A stretch of 63,107 nt of DNA from a virus. Lineage: Duplodnaviria > Caudoviricetes. Under the pieces are notes generated by a model that saw only the letters and a program-made list of their open reading frames with translations, was not told the DNA's origin and ran no database searches. The stretch lies in IMG/VR virus record IMGVR_UViG_3300032236_001513, positions 1 to 63,107 of that record; one strand, given 5' to 3'. Shown in pieces: positions 45,257 to 54,668 of the stretch (position 1 is its first letter; the number at the start of each line of letters is the position of its first letter). Both the position numbers and the translations under genes were made by a program.

Positions 45257-48163
45257 TTATGGAATCCAACAATCACAATTGCAGACTATGACATGATTGA
45301 TTGCCTGTTGTACGCTGAGTGTAGAAGGTAACAACGTACTGTTCGTGTAGTTAGGATCTAGGTTTGGTGGTAGATTTGCAGGATTGTATTCTGCTGGAGG
45401 CGCAATGATCACTACGCTATCAACGCGGCTTTCCGGTTTTAGAACAGGCCCTGCTGGTACGAGAGGATTGACGACCGGATTCGGGGAACATGAAAGAATA
45501 GGAGTAATGTCTCCTCCGTTCGTCCCTGATCCTTGTTGAAAACCAGGAGTGACATTTGCACTTGCGATATCTGCAGGTAGATATGATCCTGAAGGGATAG
45601 GAGTTATTTCTGCATCACCGATCGAATTAGCAGGCCAGGCAGGAACTGTATAAGGCTTACCACTAGGACAAGTGATTCCAGTATCAGCTTTTGCAACAGG
45701 TGATACACCATTCGCTATGAATTGTTTCGTAGAAGCATCAGACAGTGTGTCAGGAATATTGTTGTCTTGATCAATACCTAACCGTTGCAATCTGACTTGA
45801 TTACGAGATTCGCGCATCAATGCGACAGCACTCTGTCCACCTACTGAATTCATATCTGAAATCGCTTCAAGTGTTTGTGCTGCACCATGCGGGGTAGTAT
45901 CCTGTGCGAAACCGGGCACAGAATCTACGAAGGTGTACATGCTTGCAGGAGAAGGATTCAAGAATGGATCAGTCGGAACTGAGACTGGTACCATAGCTGC
46001 ATAGCGTGAACGTTGTTCTATTGCTAGTTGATTACCAAGAATATCCCAGTATGCATTCAAATACGTAGTAGCGGTTTGATTGCTTGATGCTATGTTAGCG
46101 ATTTCGGTATTTGCTTGATCGATGTATCCCTGTACGACTGAATTCATTGGGCTGTTCCATCCAGTAGTACCACTAGGGGTATTCGTGCCGCCTGACGAAG
46201 AAGTTGGAGGACATTCAATGTTTGCATACCACCCTGAGCCATTTGGATGGCTACCTCCTGATACTAGATTAACACCAGTGACCCTACCAAACGTAGTTAT
46301 ATCTGTTGGATCAGTACCAATAGTACAAGTTGCACTAGCACCAAACGGTAAGGTGATAACAGGAGCTGATGCACCTCCCCTTCCATATCCACCGCCAGAA
46401 GATACTATAGAAAGAGTAGCGATGTAGTAATTGCTAGGTGAGCTATTACCAATGGTGTATGCAAGTACTGCACCGTTCCAAGTAACTGCTAGATATAAAT
46501 TTTGATAGATGTTGTATAGTGCAGGTGTTTCGAGTTGTCCAATCCTATATGCAATGAGTTGCCAAGGATAGGGAAGTCCAGACATGCATCCAAAGAAGTT
46601 ACTCATCGTATAAGAACCATTTGGTCCACTTCCTAATGAACAGATCGAAGTACTAGTATCAATTGCTTGCTGATTGGTTGGTTTGTCTGTTCCTGCAACA
46701 AGGGGCAGATCAGCAGTATTTTCGATTCCTGATGCTACTTTTGCAAACTTCTCAAAATTCAAAGATTCAATATTTTTTATCTGTCGCATTGAATAGGAGA
46801 ATGCTCCGGCTGCTACCGCTTGATCAGCTGGAATGATATCTGCTAGATAAGAACCAAATCCTTTAGGTAAGGTTTGATAATTAGCAGGATTAGTAGTGTT
46901 ATCAAAAATCGGAGGTGTTCCTGTAGGAACAATAGTTCCGATATATTCTTTAATTGCAGGACTATCTATGTTAGGATTCACGCCTCCATTCAAATAGATA
47001 GGATAATATGTTTTGCTATTTGTAGGAAGTCCGGTTGTACCGTTATAAACAGGAACAGTTAATGATGGATAACTAGTAGGGAAAATCTTTCTCACATTCA
47101 ATAGATCAGCTAGAGTATCTAGCCCTTGAGTCTTGCATTGTAGTGGTGCAAGAATATGGGTTAGATTTTCTCCGGTGATGATCAAGAACGCACCGTATAC
47201 CTGTTGTTCTAGATTCTTGCTAGCATTGGGAATGTTGCCGCTCGTTATAGATGCGATATCTGAATTCGACAGGCCTGCTGATAGCAAAGCAAGTCCTAAG
47301 TCTTGTGTCATCGCTCCGTTCTTGCCGATGGTTGCAAGCAGGGTTGATGGCATACCGAAAGTTGCGATATGCTTTAGATCAAGTGCTTTACCTAAGTTTG
47401 TTAGATCATTACCGAAATCATTTGCAGCTAATGATACTCCTGACAAATCACCGCTGATTAAATCACTCATGTTACTGTATACACCCTGCAAGAATGTATT
47501 TGAATTATTAATAGCGTTGATCGCCTGATTCGAAGATGACATGAACGAGTTACATGTTATGAATGAAGATAGGAACTCTTTAAGTTGTGGTGTTGATTGT
47601 GTAGGACTAGAACCATTCCAGTTCAATTCATTCCAAGCTTGCAACGCGAATAGGCGCAAGAATCCCCATTGGGTCACTGCTGCATTTGGGTTAGTAGTAT
47701 CATATGGATACCATGTTGCTTGCTGTCCTGTATCAGTATTTCCTGTAATACCGTAACCGCTGTTTACGGGTCCGGGTAATGCAGGAGAAACACCTTGATT
47801 CTGTGCATAAGCTAATGCAGTTGTTGTCCATACTCCACTAGGATCTGATACTACATACTTGGAGGATACTGCATTTCCTAGTGCAGGAAGTACTCCAGCA
47901 CCAATAGAGATCAAGTTATTATAAGTTGTGTTGGTGAGTGTGGTATTACTGTTGCCCGGACCTCTAGTATAACCATCATTGATTGCCCAAGTCAACATTC
48001 TCAATGAACTGTTTTGAACAATGGATCCAAATGTATAGGTACTATTGTTTTTACTAGAACCAATATAACCAGTGACTACAGGATTAATACCTATGCCTGT
48101 ATTCTGTAGCAGCGACCCTAATAGATTTATTCCTAACGGACTTTGTTTACCTGTGTTTGCCAT
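45257..48163 (-). CDS. Large virion structural protein (baseplate/tail-associated)
   Basis: 968 aa, rich in S/T/G/N; directly downstream of PAAR; C-terminal CNCDCW. Confidence 0.55.
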   Translation of the reverse strand: MANTGKQSPLGINLLGSLLQNTGIGINPVVTGYIGSSKNNSTYTFGSIVQNSSLRMLTWAINDGYTRGPGNSNTTLTNTTYNNLISIGAGVLPALGNAVSSKYVVSDPSGVWTTTALAYAQNQGVSPALPGPVNSGYGITGNTDTGQQATWYPYDTTNPNAAVTQWGFLRLFALQAWNELNWNGSSPTQSTPQLKEFLSSFITCNSFMSSSNQAINAINNSNTFLQGVYSNMSDLISGDLSGVSLAANDFGNDLTNLGKALDLKHIATFGMPSTLLATIGKNGAMTQDLGLALLSAGLSNSDIASITSGNIPNASKNLEQQVYGAFLIITGENLTHILAPLQCKTQGLDTLADLLNVRKIFPTSYPSLTVPVYNGTTGLPTNSKTYYPIYLNGGVNPNIDSPAIKEYIGTIVPTGTPPIFDNTTNPANYQTLPKGFGSYLADIIPADQAVAAGAFSYSMRQIKNIESLNFEKFAKVASGIENTADLPLVAGTDKPTNQQAIDTSTSICSLGSGPNGSYTMSNFFGCMSGLPYPWQLIAYRIGQLETPALYNIYQNLYLAVTWNGAVLAYTIGNSSPSNYYIATLSIVSSGGGYGRGGASAPVITLPFGASATCTIGTDPTDITTFGRVTGVNLVSGGSHPNGSGWYANIECPPTSSSGGTNTPSGTTGWNSPMNSVVQGYIDQANTEIANIASSNQTATTYLNAYWDILGNQLAIEQRSRYAAMVPVSVPTDPFLNPSPASMYTFVDSVPGFAQDTTPHGAAQTLEAISDMNSVGGQSAVALMRESRNQVRLQRLGIDQDNNIPDTLSDASTKQFIANGVSPVAKADTGITCPSGKPYTVPAWPANSIGDAEITPIPSGSYLPADIASANVTPGFQQGSGTNGGDITPILSCSPNPVVNPLVPAGPVLKPESRVDSVVIIAPPAEYNPANLPPNLDPNYTNSTLLPSTLSVQQAINHVIVCNCDCWIP

Positions 48164-48172
48164 ACTATTTCC

Positions 48173-48442
48173 TTATGGCACAAACACATCAGGACTACCT
48201 TGAGCAATCTTATGTCCGCAAGTATTTCCTGACCCAACCCGTAGAACGGCGACCCCCTCAGCAAACACAGTCGGACTACCTTCAGTAGTCTTTGCTGATT
48301 TGTGTTTGTCTCCTTTAGGGTGAGGGGTGATATCACTCACATGCAAGCCAACAGCAATGCCGTTAGCAAAGACAGTACCTGCCCCTCTAACAATTTTACC
48401 GCCTGCATCGTTCTGGTCGCCTTTTCTACTTAGTTGTGCCAT
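48173..48442 (-). CDS. PAAR-family tail spike tip protein
   Basis: RKGD, TVFANG, H...H, GSPTVFAEG and CGH...GSPDVFV motifs. Confidence 0.85.
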   Translation of the reverse strand: MAQLSRKGDQNDAGGKIVRGAGTVFANGIAVGLHVSDITPHPKGDKHKSAKTTEGSPTVFAEGVAVLRVGSGNTCGHKIAQGSPDVFVP

Positions 48443-48443
48443 G

Positions 48444-48743
48444 TCATCCCATTATGAGTTTCTTATCCGGAATCTTAATTCCGGTCGTTGCTTCAATGTA
48501 CTTTGACTTAACGCTTGCGTCAGTCAATGCAAACACTGTGATGTTCTTAGTATTTAGTCTGGTCTCGGCCTTGGGATCTCCGGTGAATAGAGAAGGAATG
48601 AGACCAACTCCTTGAGGACCGGGTGCGACTGAGAGGGGATCATGAATCACGATTTCATCTCCGTCGATCTTTAATACCTTAGTAACTAATTCTTCACCAG
48701 AGGTGAGCTTGAACGTATATACCTGATTGATGTTTAATTCCAC
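48444..48743 (-). CDS. Hypothetical protein (Sm-like fold)
   Basis: FKLTSGEELV...YIEATTGI. Confidence 0.65.
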   Translation of the reverse strand: MELNINQVYTFKLTSGEELVTKVLKIDGDEIVIHDPLSVAPGPQGVGLIPSLFTGDPKAETRLNTKNITVFALTDASVKSKYIEATTGIKIPDKKLIMG

Positions 48744-48747
48744 GTTG

Positions 48748-48972
48748 TTATCCTTGTAACTTTTCTTTTAGTTCTGTAAATCCGCCTACATATTCTCCAT
48801 CAAGGAAAATCTGCGGTACTGTACGGGCAGTCGGAACAGCTTCTAGTAGCTGCTCTTTTGTATATCCGTCACCGATCTTGTACTCTTCAAATTCAATACC
48901 CTTACGCTCCAGTAGAGCCTTTGCTTGTACACAATATGGGCAGGAATCTTTACTCCAAACTGTTGCCTTCAT
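48748..48972 (-). CDS. Glutaredoxin
   Basis: CPYC, TVPQIF and GGF motifs. Confidence 0.92.
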   Translation of the reverse strand: MKATVWSKDSCPYCVQAKALLERKGIEFEEYKIGDGYTKEQLLEAVPTARTVPQIFLDGEYVGGFTELKEKLQG

Positions 48973-48982
48973 TTCTTTCTCC

Positions 48983-50083
48983 TTATAAAGTTGGTAATTC
49001 ATTGTAATCAAGAGTATCGCTCATGACTCCGATAACGTAGTTAGTTGATTCTGATTCTTGTAGTGCTGTTTGCTTTTTGGAGGTATCCGTATGCTTGTTG
49101 AACCAAGGGATAGGAGTAGTCTTTGGTGCTGGATTCCAGTATTTAATGCCGATCTGTTTAAGAGCGTCTACGGCAGTATAGTCTACAAAGTCGATAAGAA
49201 TGCTAGCGTTAAGACCAATGACAGGACCCTTCTTGAAAAGATACACTGCCCAGTCTTTTTCTTCACGGATCACATCCTCATAAATCTGTCTAACTTCAGC
49301 TTCGCAATCAATCTTTGCTTGAGCAAAGCGAGGATCTTCCTTGACAACCTGATTGATGATCCATGCCGTCCATTCCTTGTGCAAGAGTTCATCTTGCAGG
49401 ATCAGACTGATGATATTGCCGTTGCCCATAAAAATCTTATTCTCTACCATTGCGAGAGAAGTAGCAAAAGATACCATGAAACGGAATGCTTCAAGCGCAT
49501 ATGATGCATGAAGTGCTAACCAGATCGCATTGATATGCTTTTGTTCATTCACATATCCGTTGACTTCCTTGATGCAATTTAGTTCATGCAAGTCATCATA
49601 GTACTTGCCGATACTCGCTGCCATGCTAATGATTTCGTGTGTTTCATGAATTGTGTTAAACACTTCCTTCGGAACGTTATAGATGTTACGAATGATGTGT
49701 GAATAGGAACGTGAATGGATGTTCGTCTCAAAGAAGCCCCAGTTGTACATGAGTGCTTCTAGCTCAGGAATAGAACAGACAGGAGTGAATACCTGAGTAG
49801 GTCCGCGACCCTGAATGCTATCTAGTGCAGTCTGCCTAAGTAGGTTGCTTGTAAAGATATGTGAGATTGATGCAGATGCATCTTTCATATCATTAGCATC
49901 CTTAGTCAATGAGATTTCTTCTGGTACCCAAAAGAATCCACGAGCAGTCTGTTCGATCTTCTGTAGCTTTTGATACTTGACTTCTTCGAAACGCTGAACA
50001 GTCACAGGACCTTCTGGATCCAAAAACATCTTGCGTTGAAGGTAGTCGGTCTTAGTGGTTAGGTCGTACTGTTCTTTGCTCAT
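48983..50083 (-). CDS. nrdB: Ribonucleotide reductase class Ia beta subunit
   Basis: FWVPEE, DSIQ, ETNIHSRSY, EAFRF and DELLH motifs. Confidence 0.95.
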   Translation of the reverse strand: MSKEQYDLTTKTDYLQRKMFLDPEGPVTVQRFEEVKYQKLQKIEQTARGFFWVPEEISLTKDANDMKDASASISHIFTSNLLRQTALDSIQGRGPTQVFTPVCSIPELEALMYNWGFFETNIHSRSYSHIIRNIYNVPKEVFNTIHETHEIISMAASIGKYYDDLHELNCIKEVNGYVNEQKHINAIWLALHASYALEAFRFMVSFATSLAMVENKIFMGNGNIISLILQDELLHKEWTAWIINQVVKEDPRFAQAKIDCEAEVRQIYEDVIREEKDWAVYLFKKGPVIGLNASILIDFVDYTAVDALKQIGIKYWNPAPKTTPIPWFNKHTDTSKKQTALQESESTNYVIGVMSDTLDYNELPTL

Positions 50084-50757
50084 TCTTTATTCCATTCTGG
50101 GTCTTGTGTTGGAATCCAACCACTTCTAAAATATTTTACCATATTCATATACGGTCCTATAACCTTGCTTTCATTAATATAACACTTATCGTTCACTAAT
50201 GTATATAACTTACAATACGATGGTTTATGGTTTTCTACCCAAACCTTGTAAATCGTTTCTGCTTGTTTCCAAACAGATTTAGAATAATCTGTTGCTCTTG
50301 GATGATTCCAGGGTTTAACACCAGAACATGGATTTTTTCCACCCGTCATTCGCGTAGACATTGATTTTATTGTGTCGTCCGAAAAGTTAACTTTATTTTT
50401 ATAGCCTGTTATACCCTTGTTCCATGGCCCGTTTAAGATTGACGGGTTATTAGGACCACGCATATACTCAGAATATTGTCTCTTTAACCAACCGTATGAC
50501 TTGTTGTTTCTCTGTTGTTCACTATTTGATGATAACATAAACATAGCGGCTTTTACCAGTTTTATATTGTTAGGATACAGTTTAACTAATAGCAGATGAC
50601 ACAAATAATGTTCTTCAGGAGTCAATGATACTAAGTTAGTTGCGTCATCTGTTCCACCAAGACATTTAGGAACAACATGATGCTTCTCACTATATCCTTC
50701 TAATATTCTACTTTGTCCTCTACTTACTAATGTATCGTATATTTTTTGATAGTTCAT
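50080..50757 (-). mobile_element. Free-standing HNH homing endonuclease
   Basis: EKHHVVPKCLGGTDDATNLVSLTPEEHYLCH; inserted between nrdA and nrdB. Confidence 0.85.
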
Positions 50758-50766
50758 ATGAATCTC

Positions 50767-50794
50767 CTGTAAACTTATTTATCATAGTTTACAG
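50767..50794 (-). promoter_or_regulatory. RBS-occluding hairpin with a late promoter in its loop
   Basis: CTGTAAACT-atGATAAATA-AGTTTACAG immediately before GAG...ATG of the HNH gene. Confidence 0.7.
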
Positions 50795-50813
50795 AAAACT
50801 TATAGTTTACATA

Positions 50814-53129
50814 CTATAACTTACAACTCTCGCAGGAATCTTCATCTTCAAAGAAGTCAATAGCCTCAAGTGGAGCCGCATCTTCTAGTTCCTTTGAACC
50901 CTGTTTATTAATCAATGAATAATAGAAAGTCTTGATTCCCCAAATCTGAGCCTGCATGAGATTCTTAGCTATGATCGTAGTAGGAACCTTACGATCAGGG
51001 AAGTGTGCAGGGTTATAGAAAGTATTAGTAGAGATAGACTGATCCACATATGCAGCTAGAACAGCGGCAGTCTTGAGATACGGAGCACAATCTGTCTGAT
51101 CCCACATCAACTGATACTTGTTCTTCAGCTTTTGATATTCAGGGACGACCTGCGTGAATGATCCTGCTTTTGATTCCTTGACAGAGATCAACGACATAGG
51201 CATCTCAATGCCATTAGTAGAGTTGATAACGACTGACGAAGATTCAACCGGAGCAATTGCCATGACAGTTGCATTACGAACACCGTGCTGCTTCATTTCA
51301 GCACGTAGATGTTCCCAGTCTAACTCTGGTGCAAAGTTTGCGAGTTCATTAACTCCTTTTGCTCTGAGTTCCCAAGGAAAAATACCCTGACCATAACGAG
51401 TCTTATCAGAATGCAGACACGCGCCGCGCTCCTTAGCTAGTTCAACATTAGCTTCCATCAAATAGTATGATTGATGTTCTGACCATGTCTTAACATCTTG
51501 TAGAGCATCTGAATCCCCATACTTGTAGCCGCGCTTGGCGTGCCAGTATGCAAGATTTGTCACCCCGATACCAATGGGTCGAATCTCATCATTTGATAAC
51601 TTTGATTGGATAGATAGAAAATCCTGATAGTCAAGAATGTTGTTAAGGCTACGAAGCAGAATGCGACATGCCCTACGCATATCTTCTGGATTACGGAATG
51701 CACCCCAGTTTATCGATCCTAAAGTACAGAGTGCAATCCTTCCTTTCTCATCGTCCAAACGGCGGAAAGGCTTAGTGGGAAGCAAAATCTCACAACACAG
51801 GTTGCTCTGATAGATCGTATGATATTCCGGATCGAAGGGACCCTGATTCATCACGTTATCGATGAACACAAGGTAGATACGACCGGTGTCGGTGCGTTCC
51901 TTTAGAATGCCACCCTTGAACACATCTTCTGCTGCCATAGTTTTCTTGCGAAGGTCCTTACGCTTCTCATACTTCATATAGAGTTCTTCAAACTTTGTGA
52001 TGTTTGAATAGAATGCTTCATACAGATCCGGCACTTCATTTGGATCAAAGAAGGTTATGTTTTCTTTGTTCTTGAATCGTCTCCAGAACAATGCTGACAG
52101 CACGACTCCGTAGTCCATGTGCCGCACCCGGGTTTCCTCAGTTCCTTGATTGTTCTTAAGAACGATAAGATCATCAAACTGATGATGCCAGATTGGATAA
52201 AATACTGTAGCACTTGCATTGCGAATTCCTCCTTGTGAACAAGAACGCAGATCACCGAACCACTTTTTTAGAAAAGGAATCATACCAGTGTGCATGATCT
52301 CTCCGCCACGAATGGGTGAACCTAGCGGACGAAGCCTACCAATCTCAAGACCGATGCCAGCACGTTTGCTAGCATACTTTGCCATCATCTCTCCGCTAGC
52401 AAATATGCTATCCAAATCATCGTCACTGCGGATAAGTACGCAACTGCTGAACTGTTTAGTCGGAGTGCCAAGACCAGCCAGCACAGGTGTAGCAAGAGTA
52501 AATAAACCGTCCGATGCGGCCGAATAGTACTCCTTGATATATCGTAGTCTAGCTGAATTAGGTTCTTCTTTATGGAAGACAGTTGCCGCAGCAACCATAT
52601 AACGAACCTGAGGGGTCTCGTAGATTTCTTTGGTAGCTCTGTTTCTAACAAGATACTTCTCTATTAGCTGTTCGATGGCGGCGTATGAGTACTCTTCATC
52701 TTTTGAATGGTCGATGATATCGTTCATCTTATTCCAGTCATCTTCGGAATACCATTCTAAGAGTTCCGAAGTGTAAAGGCCCACCTCAACGTTCTTCTTC
52801 ACTATCTCATACAAATGCGGTGGCTGGTATGCTCCGTAAACATCTTTACGGAGCATAGATAAACGTTGCTTTCCTGCAACATATTGATAATTAGTATGTC
52901 CTATCGTAGGGTTGTTTTCTACATCAATAAGATCAACTATCGCTCTAAGGGTAAGGTCATCAATCTCTCTAGTCGTGATTCCATCATAAAAATGAGGATG
53001 TGCCTTGATCTCAATCATAGACTGACTTACATCTGCAATTCCTCTACAAATCTTAGATATCTGCCCTTGCCACTTTTCTAGAGCTAGTAGCTCTACACTT
53101 CCTGATCTTTTAGTTACATTGATAGTCAT
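50814..53129 (-). CDS. nrdA: Ribonucleotide reductase class Ia alpha subunit
   Basis: ATP cone (VTKRSG), FSSCVL, SNLCCEI, ALCTL, KTFYY and C-terminal CESCKL; ends in TAG. Confidence 0.96.
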   Translation of the reverse strand: MTINVTKRSGSVELLALEKWQGQISKICRGIADVSQSMIEIKAHPHFYDGITTREIDDLTLRAIVDLIDVENNPTIGHTNYQYVAGKQRLSMLRKDVYGAYQPPHLYEIVKKNVEVGLYTSELLEWYSEDDWNKMNDIIDHSKDEEYSYAAIEQLIEKYLVRNRATKEIYETPQVRYMVAAATVFHKEEPNSARLRYIKEYYSAASDGLFTLATPVLAGLGTPTKQFSSCVLIRSDDDLDSIFASGEMMAKYASKRAGIGLEIGRLRPLGSPIRGGEIMHTGMIPFLKKWFGDLRSCSQGGIRNASATVFYPIWHHQFDDLIVLKNNQGTEETRVRHMDYGVVLSALFWRRFKNKENITFFDPNEVPDLYEAFYSNITKFEELYMKYEKRKDLRKKTMAAEDVFKGGILKERTDTGRIYLVFIDNVMNQGPFDPEYHTIYQSNLCCEILLPTKPFRRLDDEKGRIALCTLGSINWGAFRNPEDMRRACRILLRSLNNILDYQDFLSIQSKLSNDEIRPIGIGVTNLAYWHAKRGYKYGDSDALQDVKTWSEHQSYYLMEANVELAKERGACLHSDKTRYGQGIFPWELRAKGVNELANFAPELDWEHLRAEMKQHGVRNATVMAIAPVESSSVVINSTNGIEMPMSLISVKESKAGSFTQVVPEYQKLKNKYQLMWDQTDCAPYLKTAAVLAAYVDQSISTNTFYNPAHFPDRKVPTTIIAKNLMQAQIWGIKTFYYSLINKQGSKELEDAAPLEAIDFFEDEDSCESCKL

Positions 53130-53572
53130 GGTTTACCTATTTTCTTTGTCAATGAGTCTGTACTGATGTGCTGTACGATTTTGAATTGTGTTAGATCAGT
53201 ATTTACTACTGAGTTTGGACACCAATTCATCACATACTTTGCGTTGTCAACCAAAACTAATACAACCTCATTCGCATTATCATCTAATGCGTCTACAAAG
53301 TCAATATCATTTATGCCCAATAACATTAATGTGTAGATCATGCCCAGTGCACGAGCATAATCACAATAGTTGTTATCGTTTAATAGGTCCCATGGGTTAG
53401 GCCAATCTTCTATATCGGCTGGATGTAAGTAGTGACTCATCATCGGGCATTGCTGCCAAAATTTATCTACCTCAATACAGCGGGTTTGAAGGTCGGCATC
53501 TTGCAGTGATTCTTTAAGTTCATGCCAAGCACGAAGTCTAGCATAAAAATCTAATAAAAATATGTTTATCAC
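53126..53572 (-). CDS. Hypothetical phage protein
   Basis: 148 aa; WPNPWDLL...YCDYARALG. Confidence 0.7.
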   Translation of the reverse strand: MINIFLLDFYARLRAWHELKESLQDADLQTRCIEVDKFWQQCPMMSHYLHPADIEDWPNPWDLLNDNNYCDYARALGMIYTLMLLGINDIDFVDALDDNANEVVLVLVDNAKYVMNWCPNSVVNTDLTQFKIVQHISTDSLTKKIGKP

Positions 53573-53606
53573 AGTCTTACTTATGATAACTTAATTAAGT
53601 CAAAAA

Positions 53607-54656
53607 TTAAGAAATTGTAACTTTATCTAATATAACACCGTTAAAGGCCACAGAAGATAGTGTAGAGTAGATAATAATTATTGCTCCGTTTGCTCCGTTG
53701 CCGCCCTGACCGCAGGTCGATTGGCCACCGCCCCCTCCGCCTCCGCCGCCGCCGAAGTTGCCGGCATTGCCGGCGGTTCCACCTGCACCAGCGCCTTGAC
53801 CTCCGCTCCCGCCTCCGCCGCCACCTGAACCTATAGTTCCAACTGAAGCAGAACCGTTAAGCTGAACATAACTTATTTCTGTTCCGTTTCCACCTGATCC
53901 GCCGCCACCAGACACCCCGAGGGATGTGTTATCACCGCTCCCTCCCCCGCCTCCGGCGCCAGTAGATCCGTTTCCACCGGCACCGGTGGCTACTCCACCG
54001 GTACCGCCCGGACCTCCTAAATAGGTTAGACCACCTGCAGCACCTGCGCCAGCCGCAGTCGGAGGTGCAGAAACCTGCTGAGGCGCGCCTCCTGTTCCGC
54101 CGCCTCCTCCGCCACCAGCGGATGCAAGATTGCCTCCGCTGCCACCTGTAGTCCCATTACCGTATGGGCCGCCAGCAGAGCCGCCGCCGCCTCCTCCGCT
54201 AGTAGCGGCGGCACCGCCACCGGAACCACCTGTTCCACCGTTAAATTTTGTTGTACCTATACTAGTGCTTGCTAAACCGCCGGCGCCGCCAACGTTGTTT
54301 GTACCGCCTGAACCGGGTTGTGCTTGTGCACCCGTAGTGCTAAGTGTAGGTGCGGCATTTGATGTGTTTAACCAAGTAGTTGATCCTGCTCCTCCGGCAG
54401 TTGATCCCGGAGCAGCTCCAGTGCCTCCTGTACCTATAAATAAAAATAATGTCTGACTTGCAGTTACGGTAACACTTGATATTGCATAAGCGCCACCACC
54501 GCCACCACCGGCACCAATTGCGTTAGGAGCACCGCTAGCACCGCCGCCTCCTCCTCCAATACAAATTACAGTAATAGGTTGGGTTACGTCTGCATTTGCG
54601 GGTACAGTGATACTGCTATATCCGGTAGTTGTGTATGCAATAGTTGTTAATGGCAT
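53607..54656 (-). CDS. Glycine-rich tail-fibre-associated protein
   Basis: CIGGGGGG...GGGGGAY...GANGAIII pattern with poly-Gly runs. Confidence 0.7.
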   Translation of the reverse strand: MPLTTIAYTTTGYSSITVPANADVTQPITVICIGGGGGGASGAPNAIGAGGGGGGAYAISSVTVTASQTLFLFIGTGGTGAAPGSTAGGAGSTTWLNTSNAAPTLSTTGAQAQPGSGGTNNVGGAGGLASTSIGTTKFNGGTGGSGGGAAATSGGGGGGSAGGPYGNGTTGGSGGNLASAGGGGGGGTGGAPQQVSAPPTAAGAGAAGGLTYLGGPGGTGGVATGAGGNGSTGAGGGGGSGDNTSLGVSGGGGSGGNGTEISYVQLNGSASVGTIGSGGGGGGSGGQGAGAGGTAGNAGNFGGGGGGGGGGQSTCGQGGNGANGAIIIIYSTLSSVAFNGVILDKVTIS

Positions 54657-54668
54657 AGTGATATCCTA

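Noticed and set aside
50080-50757. Group I intron or intein in nrd genes
   Set aside because: nrdA and nrdB are each continuous and full length; the HNH gene is free-standing.
3703-50816. Functional C-terminal extensions by readthrough at TAG stops (3703, 4454, 15733, 34503, 36335, 50814)
   Set aside because: Each meets another stop within about 5-20 codons with no recognisable domain or fusion.
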